64,000 bases of DNA from Nitrospirota bacterium. GTDB lineage: Bacteria; Nitrospirota; UBA9217. The notes beneath the pieces were generated by a model, which did not search any database, was not told the origin of the DNA, and saw only the letters and a program-made list of their open reading frames with translations. A program made the translations under genes and the position numbers. Shown here piece by piece: positions 30,751 to 42,050 of this stretch (positions are counted from its first letter, which is position 1; each line of letters opens with the position of its first letter). Location of the stretch: contig CAVWHO010000016.1 in NCBI GenBank assembly GCA_963754875.1, forward strand, positions 160,001-224,000. Direction: 5' to 3'.

Positions 30751-31329
30751 TCATCCCTCTTTTGACAAGATAACTGCTCGACTAAACCGGATCTGCGGAG
30801 CATCGTTGATGCGGAATCCTGACTGCCGCGCGTATCCGAGGATCTCCTTAAACCTTCTATTCGGAACGTGCATTTTCGGTTCCGTGTAAAGGAATTTGCC
30901 CCCCTCTTTCAGGACAGCATGAATCTGACCAAAGAAAAGCGGAATATCCTTCACTTCATGGACCATCCAGAAGGCCAGCACGAAATCAACCGACTCCCGA
31001 AGCACAATGTCGTCATCTTTCGCACAAAGCGTGCGAATGCGGTCGGCTACTCCCGCTTTCCCGGCCCGTCTCTTCAGAAACTCCAGCATCTTCTCCTGAA
31101 GGTCCACTGCAACGACCGAGCCTTTCCCGCCGACCATCTTCGCCATGGCAATCGAAAAATATCCCATACCGCACCCGATGTCCGCAACAATCATTCCTTC
31201 CCGGACATAAGGGTCGACGATTCGTCCGGGGTCCTGGAAAACCCTGCGGAGGGGGTTATCGAAAGTCCAGATCAGCCACCACGGACAGACTCGGTCTTCT
31301 CTGGAAAAAGGGGGTTCGTGATCATTCAT
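30751..31329 (-). CDS. Class I SAM-dependent methyltransferase
   Basis: VADIGCGMGYF, VVAVDLQ motifs. Confidence 0.88.
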   Translation of the reverse strand: MNDHEPPFSREDRVCPWWLIWTFDNPLRRVFQDPGRIVDPYVREGMIVADIGCGMGYFSIAMAKMVGGKGSVVAVDLQEKMLEFLKRRAGKAGVADRIRTLCAKDDDIVLRESVDFVLAFWMVHEVKDIPLFFGQIHAVLKEGGKFLYTEPKMHVPNRRFKEILGYARQSGFRINDAPQIRFSRAVILSKEG

Positions 31330-31447
31330 TTTTTGGAGGCACTCCTGCTGAAGTGTTGTATGGTTTAGGTTGGACTATTCACTCTTCCTCTTCTGTTGCT
31401 TATGACATAATAGCATCATTTGTACAAATTTTTTGTATGCCTTTTCA

Positions 31448-31924
31448 TCATTCCACCACCCATACGGCACAGCCTTTTGCCTCGTGGACAAGCCTGCTCG
31501 ACGTACTGCCGAACAGGAACTCCTCGGCCTTTGTCTTATGATGGCGACCCACGACCACAGTGCAGCATGTCAGATCGCACCGGGTCTCAAGGATGGCGTC
31601 GGAAAAAGATTTTGCCTCGCCCACGCATGAGCTGAATCTCACCTTGTCCTCAGGAAACCCGGCCTGTCTAAGGACTTGCTTATAATTTTCAAGCATCTTG
31701 TTTGTCGCATCGAGCTTTTCCCTGATCCATGCATTGAGCTCCGCTGGCGAGTCATAAAAATCCTCTTCAGGATCGGGAATGATGGAGATGAGCGTGACTG
31801 CAAATCCCGGAAACCCACCGAGAAAGTCGGCCACATACAGCACGGCGCGGCGGGAGCTGTCCGACTCATCAACAGCGATCAGGAGCTGTTTGTCTTTCGT
31901 CAGGGCATTATCTTCGGGCTTCAT
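31448..31924 (-). CDS. Universal stress protein
   Basis: LLIAVDESDSSRRAV, VVVGR, LFGSTSSRLV motifs. Confidence 0.88.
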   Translation of the reverse strand: MKPEDNALTKDKQLLIAVDESDSSRRAVLYVADFLGGFPGFAVTLISIIPDPEEDFYDSPAELNAWIREKLDATNKMLENYKQVLRQAGFPEDKVRFSSCVGEAKSFSDAILETRCDLTCCTVVVGRHHKTKAEEFLFGSTSSRLVHEAKGCAVWVVE

Positions 31925-32027
31925 GGCTGGGCTCCTTTTGACAATGAGAAAGTTTTTATTTTATAGTTTTACGTTCATAGTTAATTCATATCGCTCAACG
32001 GCGAATGCGAACGCAAAACTCGAGCAA

Positions 32028-33020
32028 TCAACTCAAAACTCGCCTCAGGTCCTCCCTCACCTCTCCCAAATCTTCGAGCAGTTCCTTCGTTTCCTCATAA
32101 TAGATCGGCGCGCCCAGAGAAAAGTGCATCAGCACCCGGTTCAGCTTCTCCGGCAGATAAGGATAAATCTTCTTGAGATTGTTCACACGGTTGTGGAACA
32201 CGATGTTCAGGTCGTCTTCGGTCAATCGGTCGAGAAGGTGCGGCGCCTCATGAAGAAGGCGATAGGTCGTGATGTCCCCACGGCCCGTAATGAAGAGCAG
32301 GACATTCCCGAGTCCGAAAAGGTCGTAGCCGAAGCGGCTCTCGCCGTGGCGGTAGTTGAAGTCAAAGTCGATCCACCGGTATCTGCCCGTGGAAACATCC
32401 TTAATGATGTGGTCGCGCCGGATATCGCCGTGCTTTTCGTTGTTCTCATGCAGGAACCGGATCGCCTCGGAGACCTGGATGAACTCGTCGAGCAGCGCGG
32501 GATAATAATTATAAAAAAAATCTTCGTGGTCCTTGCCCATTTCGAGAGCCAGCTGGCCGAGTGTCTTTCCCTTGATATAATCCAGGATACGTAGCTGGTT
32601 CCCGGAAGAGTCGAGCACCGTCTTGCCCTGCATGAATTCCTGTCTGCCTCGCACCAATTCAAGGATCCGCGCCTCCTTCTGCGGGCTCCTGACGCACTCG
32701 AACACGAGATTCCCGATCTTCGCCTCGAACCGCTCCCTGAAGACCCACTTGAGAATCTTGACCTCGCCATTCAGGAGGTTCCGGGCACGCTTGACCCAGA
32801 ACTTCTGCTCATCATCAATGCCGAACCTGCCCTCGCGCTCATTGTTCCGCACAAAGTAGGGCACCCCGCCCAGCACGACCACGTCGTCATAGTCCACGCG
32901 GAAGAAATCGGACGTGTCCTTAACTTTCACGCGCTTGGGCACACGCTCGCGCGGCACCCACTTGCGGACCATATGCAAGAGCTCTTTTTCTGAATAACCG
33001 CCCGCTTCAGACGACATCAT
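32028..33020 (-). CDS. Protein-kinase-like fold protein
   Basis: HGDIRRDHII, WIDFD, YDLFGLG motifs. Confidence 0.7.
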   Translation of the reverse strand: MMSSEAGGYSEKELLHMVRKWVPRERVPKRVKVKDTSDFFRVDYDDVVVLGGVPYFVRNNEREGRFGIDDEQKFWVKRARNLLNGEVKILKWVFRERFEAKIGNLVFECVRSPQKEARILELVRGRQEFMQGKTVLDSSGNQLRILDYIKGKTLGQLALEMGKDHEDFFYNYYPALLDEFIQVSEAIRFLHENNEKHGDIRRDHIIKDVSTGRYRWIDFDFNYRHGESRFGYDLFGLGNVLLFITGRGDITTYRLLHEAPHLLDRLTEDDLNIVFHNRVNNLKKIYPYLPEKLNRVLMHFSLGAPIYYEETKELLEDLGEVREDLRRVLS

Positions 33021-33248
33021 ATACTCCCGGTTCCTTGTTACATTATATATCATATCAAACCGCTCCAATTTCGGGATGACAATGACAAAACTGGACAGTG
33101 CGTGCTTTGGCAATCCGAAATTAGCGGTCTGAAACAGGCAATCACAACCTTTTCTCTTGACTTTTCGGGCAAATAACGCTAATTTCCCTATAATAATTCT
33201 TCATGGCCCGGACCGGTACGGCCCATGCACGGAGGGGCTTAGCCACCC

Positions 33249-34007
33249 ATGTCGTATCAGATCAAACTCGAAATTTTCGAAGGTCCCATGGACCTTCTGC
33301 TGCATCTCATCAAGAAGCACGAACTCGACATCTACTCCATTCCCATCGCACTCATTACCCAGCAATACCTCGAATATATCGACATTATGAAGAGTCTTGA
33401 CATGGAAATTGCCGGTGATTTCCTTGTCATGGCGTCGACGCTCACGCACATCAAGTCCAAGATGATGCTGCCGCCGCCGGAAAACCCGGAAATCGATGAT
33501 GACGGGGTCGACCCGCGTGCCGAGCTCATCCGTCGCCTGCTCGAGTACAAAAGCTTCAAGGACGCAGCAGGTTCCCTCGAAAACAAAGAAGAAACCTGGT
33601 CGCAGATGTACACGAGACCGGCTGAAGCCGCGCCCGATGTGCCTGCTGACGACGAGCCGCTGCTCTTCGACTTCCACCTCTTCGACCTGCTCGCTGCGCT
33701 CAAGGATGTGATGGCCCGCGTACCCGACGCCAAGTTCGAGATCACGGCCGAGGCGGTCTCGATCACGGAAAAGATCTCCCAGATCCTCTCACGCCTCGAA
33801 ACCGTGGACAGCCTGCTCTTCTCTGATCTCTTTGAAGGGAGCACGTCCAAGGCCCAGGTCATCGGCACGTTCCTGGCGCTCCTGGAACTGATCAAGACTA
33901 GGGTCATAAAAGCGTTCCAGGTCGAGCAGTTCGGAGCCATCAGGATCATGAAATCCGTGACCGACACACAGGACAAAGACACAGCCACGGGGAACCTTTT
34001 CGGATAA
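33249..34007 (+). CDS. scpA: Segregation and condensation protein A
   Basis: FEGPMDLLLHLI, FLVMASTL..IKS, TFLALLEL motifs. Confidence 0.93.
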   Translation: MSYQIKLEIFEGPMDLLLHLIKKHELDIYSIPIALITQQYLEYIDIMKSLDMEIAGDFLVMASTLTHIKSKMMLPPPENPEIDDDGVDPRAELIRRLLEYKSFKDAAGSLENKEETWSQMYTRPAEAAPDVPADDEPLLFDFHLFDLLAALKDVMARVPDAKFEITAEAVSITEKISQILSRLETVDSLLFSDLFEGSTSKAQVIGTFLALLELIKTRVIKAFQVEQFGAIRIMKSVTDTQDKDTATGNLFG

Positions 34008-34068
34008 GTGAGAGCCGTTTGGGAAACGCTTGATCGTTCGAACGCTTAAACGCTCAAACCTTTTTTGT

Positions 34069-34920
34069 ATGACAAAACCTGACATCAAAGCGCTTGCGCT
34101 TGAAAAAAAGTTCGGCGTCATCGAAACCGCTATCTACGAGGACCGCACGCTTATCGGCGACCTTGTAGCGCAGCTTGCGGAAAAAAACGGGGACGTTCGC
34201 TCGGGCGTTCTGAACCTTCTGTCGCGGGTCGGCTTTGACTTTCCGAACGATACGCGGCCCCATCTGCCGACCCTGATCGCGCTTTTGGACGATCCGGACA
34301 TGTTCATCAAGATCGACGCGGCGAATGCCGTGGGCAACCTGGGCTTCAGCTTCAAGGAATCGGCGGCAAAAGCAGCCCCCAAATTAAAGGCGCTCCTGGA
34401 CCATGAGCAAAGCCTCGTCCGCCAGGAGGCCGCCTATGCTTTGGGCAACATCGGCTTCGCGCACACGGACCTGGTCCGGGACGCGGTCCCGCGTCTGATC
34501 CAGATGCTGGAAAAAGGGGACGATGATGAGCGCGAGGCGGCTGCCCATGCTTTGGGCAAACTCGGCATCAACGCACCGGAGCTGATCCGCGGGATCCTGC
34601 CTAAACTCGTCGAAGTGCTCGAATTTTCGAAAGAGGCCACCTGCGGCGGTGTGCTCTTCGCCCTGGGCGCCATCGGTCTCCACTATCCCCGGGAAGTGGC
34701 AAGCCTGGTGCCCCGGTTGATGAAGTATTTGGACAGCGGCCACCCGAACGCGGTCAAGAACGCCGTCGCTGCCCTTGGCAATATAGGCAGCTCGAACCCC
34801 GACATCGTAAAAGATGCGGTCCCGAAGATCCGGCAGATCATGGAATCTACGAACGATATCGACATTAAGATGAACGCCAAAGTCGCCCTCGGAAGGCTAG
34901 GCGATCCGTCGGCGATGTAA
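34069..34920 (+). CDS. HEAT-repeat protein
   Basis: Repeated VR-x-AA-x-ALG-x-IG...AVP-x-L units. Confidence 0.85.
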   Translation: MTKPDIKALALEKKFGVIETAIYEDRTLIGDLVAQLAEKNGDVRSGVLNLLSRVGFDFPNDTRPHLPTLIALLDDPDMFIKIDAANAVGNLGFSFKESAAKAAPKLKALLDHEQSLVRQEAAYALGNIGFAHTDLVRDAVPRLIQMLEKGDDDEREAAAHALGKLGINAPELIRGILPKLVEVLEFSKEATCGGVLFALGAIGLHYPREVASLVPRLMKYLDSGHPNAVKNAVAALGNIGSSNPDIVKDAVPKIRQIMESTNDIDIKMNAKVALGRLGDPSAM

Positions 34921-35018
34921 GCAACTACAGTTTTGAGTTCGAAGTTCTTAGTTTTTAGTTGGCGAATTTTAATGCCAACAACTCAAGACTCAGCACTTAA
35001 AACTCATATTTTTTTGAG

Positions 35019-35735
35019 GTGCAGGAATTGGAAGATCAAGAACTGAAATCGGCGATCGAAGCGCTTCTTTTCGTTGCAGGCAGCCCCCTGTCCGTAGACA
35101 GACTCAAAGGCGTCTTTGAAGAAGTGACAAAGGAACAGATTGAAGCGCAGCTTTTGGCGATCAAACAGGAGTGCGACGACCGGAACGCGGGGATAACGCT
35201 TGCAGAAGTGGCTGGCGGGTACCAGTTTGCAACAAGACCGGAGAACGCTGCCTGGATCCGGAAGTTCAAGGCCGTAAAAGTCTCAGCCAAATTGTCGAGA
35301 CCGGCCCTCGAAACACTGGCCATCGTGGCATACAAGCAGCCGATCACCCGTACGGAGGTGGAAGCGGTGCGCGGCGTGAACATCGGCGGCATCATGCGAA
35401 ACCTCATGGAACGCCGCCTCGTGAAAATCGTCGGCAAAAAGGACGTTCCGGGCAAACCCCTGCTGTACGGCACCAGCTCGGAGTTTCTTCAGTACTTCGG
35501 ATTAAAGGACCTCTCGTCCCTGCCGACGCTCAAGGAGTTCCAGGAGCTTGAAGCCGGGGAAGAGGTCATGGAAGAAGTCCCTCTTGAAGAAATGGACGGG
35601 TCACCTGCCGGGGAATCGGCCCCGGAAGAATCGGCGTCCGGGGAACCGCCTGAACCGGGAGATGCAGCGGAAGGCACGGCGTCCGAAACAGAACCCGTGA
35701 CTGCGGACGTGACCGGGGAGAATGTGGCGGGATGA
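35019..35735 (+). CDS. scpB: Segregation and condensation protein B
   Basis: IEALLF, LSRPALETLAIVAYKQPITR, GKPLLYGT..FL.YFGL motifs. Confidence 0.93.
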   Translation: MQELEDQELKSAIEALLFVAGSPLSVDRLKGVFEEVTKEQIEAQLLAIKQECDDRNAGITLAEVAGGYQFATRPENAAWIRKFKAVKVSAKLSRPALETLAIVAYKQPITRTEVEAVRGVNIGGIMRNLMERRLVKIVGKKDVPGKPLLYGTSSEFLQYFGLKDLSSLPTLKEFQELEAGEEVMEEVPLEEMDGSPAGESAPEESASGEPPEPGDAAEGTASETEPVTADVTGENVAG

Positions 35736-36676
35736 TCGAAATCCAGGATGCTCTGCGTAAGAAGGAAATCTGGGCTATCGGCGGCGGTAAAGGCGGGATC
35801 GGAAAAAGCCTGATTACCGGCAATATCGGCATTCACCTAGCGCGCCTGAAAAAGAAGGTCCTGCTTGTGGACGCCGACCTCGGCGGCGCAAACCTTCATA
35901 CGACCCTCGGCATCGGTGTCCCGGAAATAACGCTCTCCGACTTCCTGAACCGGCGTGTGGAAAACATCCAGGACATAATCATCAACACGACCATCCCGAA
36001 CCTCAGCCTCATCAGCGGTGCACAGGACTTCCTTGACGCGGCCAATCCCAATTTCGCCCAGAAGACGCGGCTCCTCCGGCACCTTGAGACGCTCGATGCG
36101 GACTATATTTTGCTGGACCTCGGAGCAGGCACATCGTTCAATATCCTCGATTTTTTCCTCTTCTCTGACCACGGCATTCTCGTGGTGCTGCCCGAGCCAA
36201 CCGCAATCGAGAACGCATACCGGTTCATCAAGAGCGCTTTTTACCGAAGATTCAAAAAAGTCGTGGCGAACCAAAACATCAAGGACCTGATTGATGCTGC
36301 CATGGACCAGAAGAACACGATGGGCATCCGGACTCCCTACGACCTTATCGAACGCGTGAAGATGTTGGAACAGGAAGTCGGCGAGATCCTCGAGCTCGAA
36401 GTGCTCAAGTTCAGGCCTAAGCTGGTCGTGAATCAGGTGCGGACCAAAAACGATATCCAGATCGGGTTCTCGATGAAGAGCGCATGCCAGAAATATTTCG
36501 GCATCAACCTCGATTACCTGGGTTACGTGGAATACGACGACTGCGTCTGGCAGTCGATCCGGAGCAAGCGGCCGTTGGCCATAGAATACCCCTATTCCCG
36601 GCCGTCACGGTGCATTGAGCGCATCGTTCACAACCTCCTTCGGAAAGAGCAGCTCACGGCAAGCATGCTGTATTAA
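35732..36676 (+). CDS. MinD/FlhG-like P-loop ATPase
   Basis: GGGKGGIGKS, VDADLGGANL, PEPTAIENAY motifs. Confidence 0.85.
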   Translation: MIEIQDALRKKEIWAIGGGKGGIGKSLITGNIGIHLARLKKKVLLVDADLGGANLHTTLGIGVPEITLSDFLNRRVENIQDIIINTTIPNLSLISGAQDFLDAANPNFAQKTRLLRHLETLDADYILLDLGAGTSFNILDFFLFSDHGILVVLPEPTAIENAYRFIKSAFYRRFKKVVANQNIKDLIDAAMDQKNTMGIRTPYDLIERVKMLEQEVGEILELEVLKFRPKLVVNQVRTKNDIQIGFSMKSACQKYFGINLDYLGYVEYDDCVWQSIRSKRPLAIEYPYSRPSRCIERIVHNLLRKEQLTASMLY

Positions 36677-36829
36677 AAAACATTGACCGCGAGGCACCGG
36701 AACACCGGGAAAGCGGAAGACGACCAACGTATCAACTAAACCCCCGGCGGATCCTGAAATACTTCGTACCTTTGTGCATTTGTGATGAAATTTGTTTCGC
36801 CTCTTCCGGTTTTGAGAGAGAATAACACC

Positions 36830-37513
36830 ATGATCAAAAAAATTGAAGACCTGAATTACTACGAACTGCTGGAGGTCAGCCCCACGGCCACTTCGCAGGA
36901 GATCCACAAGGCCTACGAACGGGTCCGGCGGATCTATGAGCCGAACTCCATCGCCCTCTATTCGCTCTTCAGTGCCGACGAGACTGCGGCCATCCACCAA
37001 CGGATCGAAGAAGCTTACCGTACCCTCGTATACGAAGACAATCGAAAACGGTACGATGCGATGTTGAGGCAGCAGAATGACTTGCCGGAACCGCCTCCGC
37101 CTCCCCCGCCGCCAAAGTATCAGCGCCAGCCGATTCAACCGGCACTCTCGCTGCCGTCGGGCAATCATTACCGAAGCAGCATGGACCCGCCTCAGGCGCC
37201 GGCGGAAGAGACACCGGCCCCCCTGGAAAGAGTCGCCCCCCTGTCCCAGTTTATTGCCGAGTTTTCCGGCGCCGCGATCAAGATGCTGCGGGAACAGCGC
37301 GGGCTGAGCTTGCGGAATGTTGCGGATGCGACAAAGGTGAGTGTCCGGTATCTTGAAATGATCGAGGAAGAAAACTTCACAAAACTTCCGGTCCGCGCCT
37401 ATACGCGGGGTTTCCTCACGCTTTATGCCAAGGCCCTTGGCTGGGACACGGAGCGGGTTACCGCCGACTACTTGAAACGCTACGATGCCGCACGGGCGCC
37501 AAAGACGAAATAA
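36830..37513 (+). CDS. J-like domain plus RodZ-type HTH protein
   Basis: NYYELLEVSPTATSQEIHKAY (HPD replaced by EPN); C-terminal LREQRGLSL..YLEMIE..YTRGFLTLYAKALG. Confidence 0.75.
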   Translation: MIKKIEDLNYYELLEVSPTATSQEIHKAYERVRRIYEPNSIALYSLFSADETAAIHQRIEEAYRTLVYEDNRKRYDAMLRQQNDLPEPPPPPPPPKYQRQPIQPALSLPSGNHYRSSMDPPQAPAEETPAPLERVAPLSQFIAEFSGAAIKMLREQRGLSLRNVADATKVSVRYLEMIEEENFTKLPVRAYTRGFLTLYAKALGWDTERVTADYLKRYDAARAPKTK

Positions 37514-37613
37514 CAGAAGAAGATGGATGATTCATGATGCATGATACCTGATGGACAATCGATTTTCGGTTTGTCCTTTATCATGCATCCTGCATCCTCT
37601 TACCTTCCTCGGC

Positions 37614-40600
37614 CTACTGCCTTTTCAGTTCCCGTTCCTTCCAGATCACGTAAATCGCAGGATAAATGATCAGCTCCAATATCGTCGATGTCACCACGCC
37701 TCCGATCATAGGGGCCGCGATCCGCTTCATCACGTCCGCGCCGGTGCCGCTCGGAGAACATAATCGGCACCAGCCCCGCGAGAATCACCGACACCGTCAT
37801 GATCTTGGGCCTGATGCGTTTCACCGCGCCTTCCATCACCGAGTCCTCGATGTCCTGCAAAGAATTGATCCTTCCTTCCTGGTGCCACCGGTTAAATGAC
37901 AAGTCGAGGTAGAGCAGCATCACGATGCCCGTTTCCGCGTCGAGGCCCGCCAAGGCGATCACGCCGACCCAGACCGCGGTGCTCATGTGGTAGCCCAGGA
38001 AATAGAGGAACCAGACCGTGCCCACAAGCGAAAAGGGAACTGCCAGCAGCACGATCGTGGTCTTGGTGAGCGATTCTGTGTTGAGATAGATCAGAACGAT
38101 GATGATCAGGAGCGTGAGCGGAATCACGTAGAAGAGCTTGGCTTTGACGTTCTCCATGTATTCGTATTGCCCGCTCCACTGGATCGTGTATCCCGCAGGG
38201 ATCTCCACCTTCTCGGCAATCGCCTTGCCGGCCTTCGCCACGTAGCCGCCATAATCGCTTCCTTCAATGCCGAGCGTCACCGCGGCAGTCAGACTCCCCC
38301 CCTCGCTCTGGACCATGCCGGGGCCGCGCGTCACTTTGATGTCCGCAAGCTGGCCCAACGGGACCTGGGCGCCATCCATCGTCGGGACAAGCACCCGCTT
38401 GAGCTTCTCGATATCGTTCCGCAGTTCCCGGCCGTAGCGGATGTTCACGGGATACCGCTCCCGGCCCTCGACCGTCGTGGTCAGGTTCATGCCGCCGATG
38501 GCGGACTCGATTACTTCCTGCACGTCCTCGATGGTGAGGCCGTATCTGCTGATTTCGTCGCGGTTGATGTCGAAATCGAGAAAGTAGCCCGTATTGGCCC
38601 GTTCGGCGTAAACACTGCGCGTACCGGGGACGGTGCGAAGAGCCTGTTCCAGATCGAGGCCGATACGCTCGATCCCGTCAAGATGGGGGCCGAATATCTT
38701 GATGCCCAGGGGCGTCCGGATGCCCGTCGCGAGCATATCGATCCTGCCGATGATCGGCATGGTCCAGGTGTTCGCCACGCCGGGCATGGTGAGGGCATTG
38801 TCGATGTCATCGCGAAGGTCTTCCCATTTTTTGTACTGCGGCCGCCACTGGCTCATGGGCTTTAAGGTCACATTGGTCTCGACCATCTCGAGCGGCGCAG
38901 GATCGGTCGGTGTCTCGGCCCTGCCTGCCTTGCCGAAGACTCGCTCCACCTCGGGAAACTCTTTGATGATCCGGTCCTCGGCCTGGAGCACCTCGCTCAT
39001 GGTCGTGATGGAGGCGCCGGGCACTGATGACGGCATGAACAGGAGCGTGCCCTCGTAGAGCGGCGGCATGAACTCCGAACCCAATTTGGTAAAGGGGAAA
39101 ACCGTGACCAGAACGATGACGATCGCAGCGATGATGACGAACTTCCGAAAGCGGAGTGCGAAGTCTGCAACGGGGTGATATATTTTCGTGAGAACATGAC
39201 TGATGGGGTTGTTGTCCTCATGCCTGATCTTTCCTTTGATAAAGAGCGTCATCAGCACGGGTGTAAGCGTGATGGCGAGGAAACTCGCAAAGAGCATGGA
39301 AAACGTTTTTGTATACGCGAGGGGTTTGAACATTCTGCCGGCCTGTTCCTCCAGCGTAAAGACAGGGAGAAACCCCACGGTGATAACGAGGAGCGAGAAG
39401 AAGAGCGACGGTCCGACCTCTTTTGCAGCGTCGATAATCACGTCCACGCGCGATCCGTGGACCATTCCGCCCTTTTCCCACTCTTCGAGCTTTTTGTGCG
39501 CGTTCTCGACCATGATGATCGACGCATCCACCATGGCGCCGATGGCGATGGCGATGCCGGAGAGGCTCATGATGTTCGAGCTGATCTTGAGGTAGTACAT
39601 GCAGACGAAGGAGATCAGGATCGCCACGGGCAGGGTCAGGATCACGACGAGAGCACTCGGAAGATGGAAGAGGAAGATGATGCAAACTACGCTCACGGCA
39701 ATGCCGAGTTTTATCACTTCTTCGCGGAGCGTGTCCACGGAGCGGTGGATGAGCTCGGACCGGTCATAGGTTGTCACGATCTTGACCCCCTCGGGCAGAG
39801 ACGGCTGCAGCTCTTTAATCTTTGCTTTCACCCGCTCGATCACGTCGAGGACGTTTTCGCCGAAGCGGACCACGACAATGCCGCCTACGGTCTCGCCTTT
39901 TCCGTCCAGGTCCGACGTGCCGCGCCGGATCTCCGGGCCGAGCTGGACCTGGCTGATGTCCCGGAGCAGGATGGGCGTACCTTTCTCGTTTGTGCCCACG
40001 GCGATCTTCTCGATGTCCGACTTGTCGTGGATGTAGCCGCGGCCGCGGACCATGTATTCCCTGCCGGACCATTCCACGACCCTGCCTTCCACGTCGCGGT
40101 TGCTGCGCCTGACAGCGTCCATGACCTTTGCAAGTGAAAGCTTGTACGCCGCGAGCCGGTTCGGGTCCACAATGATCTGGTACTGTTTCACGAACCCGCC
40201 CACGCTCGCCACCTCGGAAACGCCGGGCACTGATTCAATGGCATACTTGAGGGTCCAGTCCTGGAGCGATCGGAGCTGGGAAAGATCGTGTTTTCCGCTC
40301 TCGTCCTCCAATGCGTACTGGAACCCCCAGCCCACACCGGTCGCGTCAGGGCCGAGCTGCGGGGTCACGCCCGCGGGAAGTTTTCCCTGGACGCCCTGGA
40401 GATATTCGAGCACCCGGCTCCGCGCCCAGTAGATGTCGGTGCCGTCTTTGAAAATGACATAGACGAAGGACGTGCCGAGAAAGGATTTGCCGCGCACCAC
40501 GCGCACCTCGGGCGCAGCGAGCAGCGTCGAGACAATGGGATAGGTGATCTGGTCCTCGACCAGGTCCGGGCTCCTGCCCGTCCATTCAGTGTATACGATC

Positions 40601-40740
40601 ACCTGGGCGTCCGAAAGGTCCGGGATGGCGTCGAGCGGCGTGTGATACACCGCCCAGATCCCCCAGAGGGTAAGGAACCCCACCAGCAGAAAAACGAGGA
40701 ATTTATTTCGTGCCGAAATTTCTATGATTTTGGCTAACAT
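37614..40740 (-). CDS. cusA: CusA/CzcA heavy-metal RND permease (+1 frameshift at ~37752, probably an error)
   Basis: PLDAIPDLSD, GPDATGVGW, GIAIAIGAMVDA, RIRPKIMT; C-terminus GTGADVMKRIAAPMIGG in the shifted frame. Confidence 0.92.
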
Positions 40741-40835
40741 GATATGAAACCTCAGTTCCGGGTTCAGAGTTCAGCATGTAAAGTGCCACCGTCTGTTTCT
40801 TCTTCTTTTTTCTCTGAACTCTGAACTATGAACGA

Positions 40836-42050
40836 TTAGTATCCCCCCGACCTCAGCTGGCTCTCGGAATCTATCAGGAAGTTGCCGGACGTAACGACGC
40901 GCTCGCCTTTTTTAATGCCTTTCAGTACTTCTACGTAATCCTCTCCTCGCAGGCCGAGGGTCACCCGCCGCATCTCGTACACTCCCGGTTTTTTCTCGAC
41001 ATAGACGATCTGGCGCGTGCCCGAATCAATCACTGCCTCGCGGGGGATCACCAGCCTTGAGCCTGAAGAGACCATGATCTCGACATTCGCAAACATCTCG
41101 GGCTTCAGGAGGAGTCCGGGATTCTTCATGGACAACCGCACTTTGACCGTCCGGCTCACCGGGTCCAGGGACGGATTGATATAATTTACGATTGCACGAT
41201 GACTCTGGCCGGAATAGTACGGCAAGGTCACCACTGCAGTCTGGCCGACCCTGACTAAGGGGACTTCATATTCGTAAATATCGGCCATGATCCAGATCGA
41301 CGAAAGGTCGGCTATTTTATAAAGGTTCATGCCCGGCGTAATATAGCCTCCTTCGAGCACCATTTTCTCGAGCACGATGCCGCTCTGCGGCGACTCGATG
41401 ATCATCTCGGTCTGAGGTTTTCCGGTCTTTTCAAGCTCCGCTATCTGCGAGTCGGTGATGTCCCAGAGCTGAAGCCGCCGCTTCGCCGATTGCAGCAGTT
41501 CGCTGCGTGAGGCCTCAATCTCGGCCATGTGGCCGGTCCCGGTCAGAGATGACCTCACCGACCGCAGCGCAATGAGATATTCCTCCTGGGCCGTGACGAG
41601 ATCAGGACTGTAGATCGACAATAGAGGCTGGCCTTTCTCCACCTGTTTTCCGGTATAATCGACGTAGAGCTTTTTCACCCATCCCGCGATCTTTGTGTTC
41701 ACGAAGGCGAGACGCGTTTCGTCGGGCTCTATCTTGCCCACGGTGCGGATCTGCTTATCCAGCGAGCGAAGGTCCGCCACGGCCGTGCGCACACCGATGA
41801 GCTGCACCTTATCCGGGCTGATCGTAATGACCGGAGGAGCGGCCTGTTTCATGCTTGCGGCACTCTGCTCCTTGCTACCCGACACCTGTCCAGAGTGGCC
41901 AGCGTGCTCCTGGGCCGATACGACAAGGCTGACAAAAACTAAAACGCACGCGGCACAATGCGCAAAGAAAATGGATTTTCTTTTTTCCCGTCCGCAGCCT
42001 TCACGGAGCCTGTACCGCTTGCGGAACATTCCATAATTATTACATTTCAT
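40836..42050 (-). CDS. cusB: CusB-like RND periplasmic adaptor
   Basis: GWVKKLYVD, YSPDLVTAQEEYL, LKPEMFA, SGNFLIDSES motifs. Confidence 0.88.
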   Translation of the reverse strand: MKCNNYGMFRKRYRLREGCGREKRKSIFFAHCAACVLVFVSLVVSAQEHAGHSGQVSGSKEQSAASMKQAAPPVITISPDKVQLIGVRTAVADLRSLDKQIRTVGKIEPDETRLAFVNTKIAGWVKKLYVDYTGKQVEKGQPLLSIYSPDLVTAQEEYLIALRSVRSSLTGTGHMAEIEASRSELLQSAKRRLQLWDITDSQIAELEKTGKPQTEMIIESPQSGIVLEKMVLEGGYITPGMNLYKIADLSSIWIMADIYEYEVPLVRVGQTAVVTLPYYSGQSHRAIVNYINPSLDPVSRTVKVRLSMKNPGLLLKPEMFANVEIMVSSGSRLVIPREAVIDSGTRQIVYVEKKPGVYEMRRVTLGLRGEDYVEVLKGIKKGERVVTSGNFLIDSESQLRSGGY

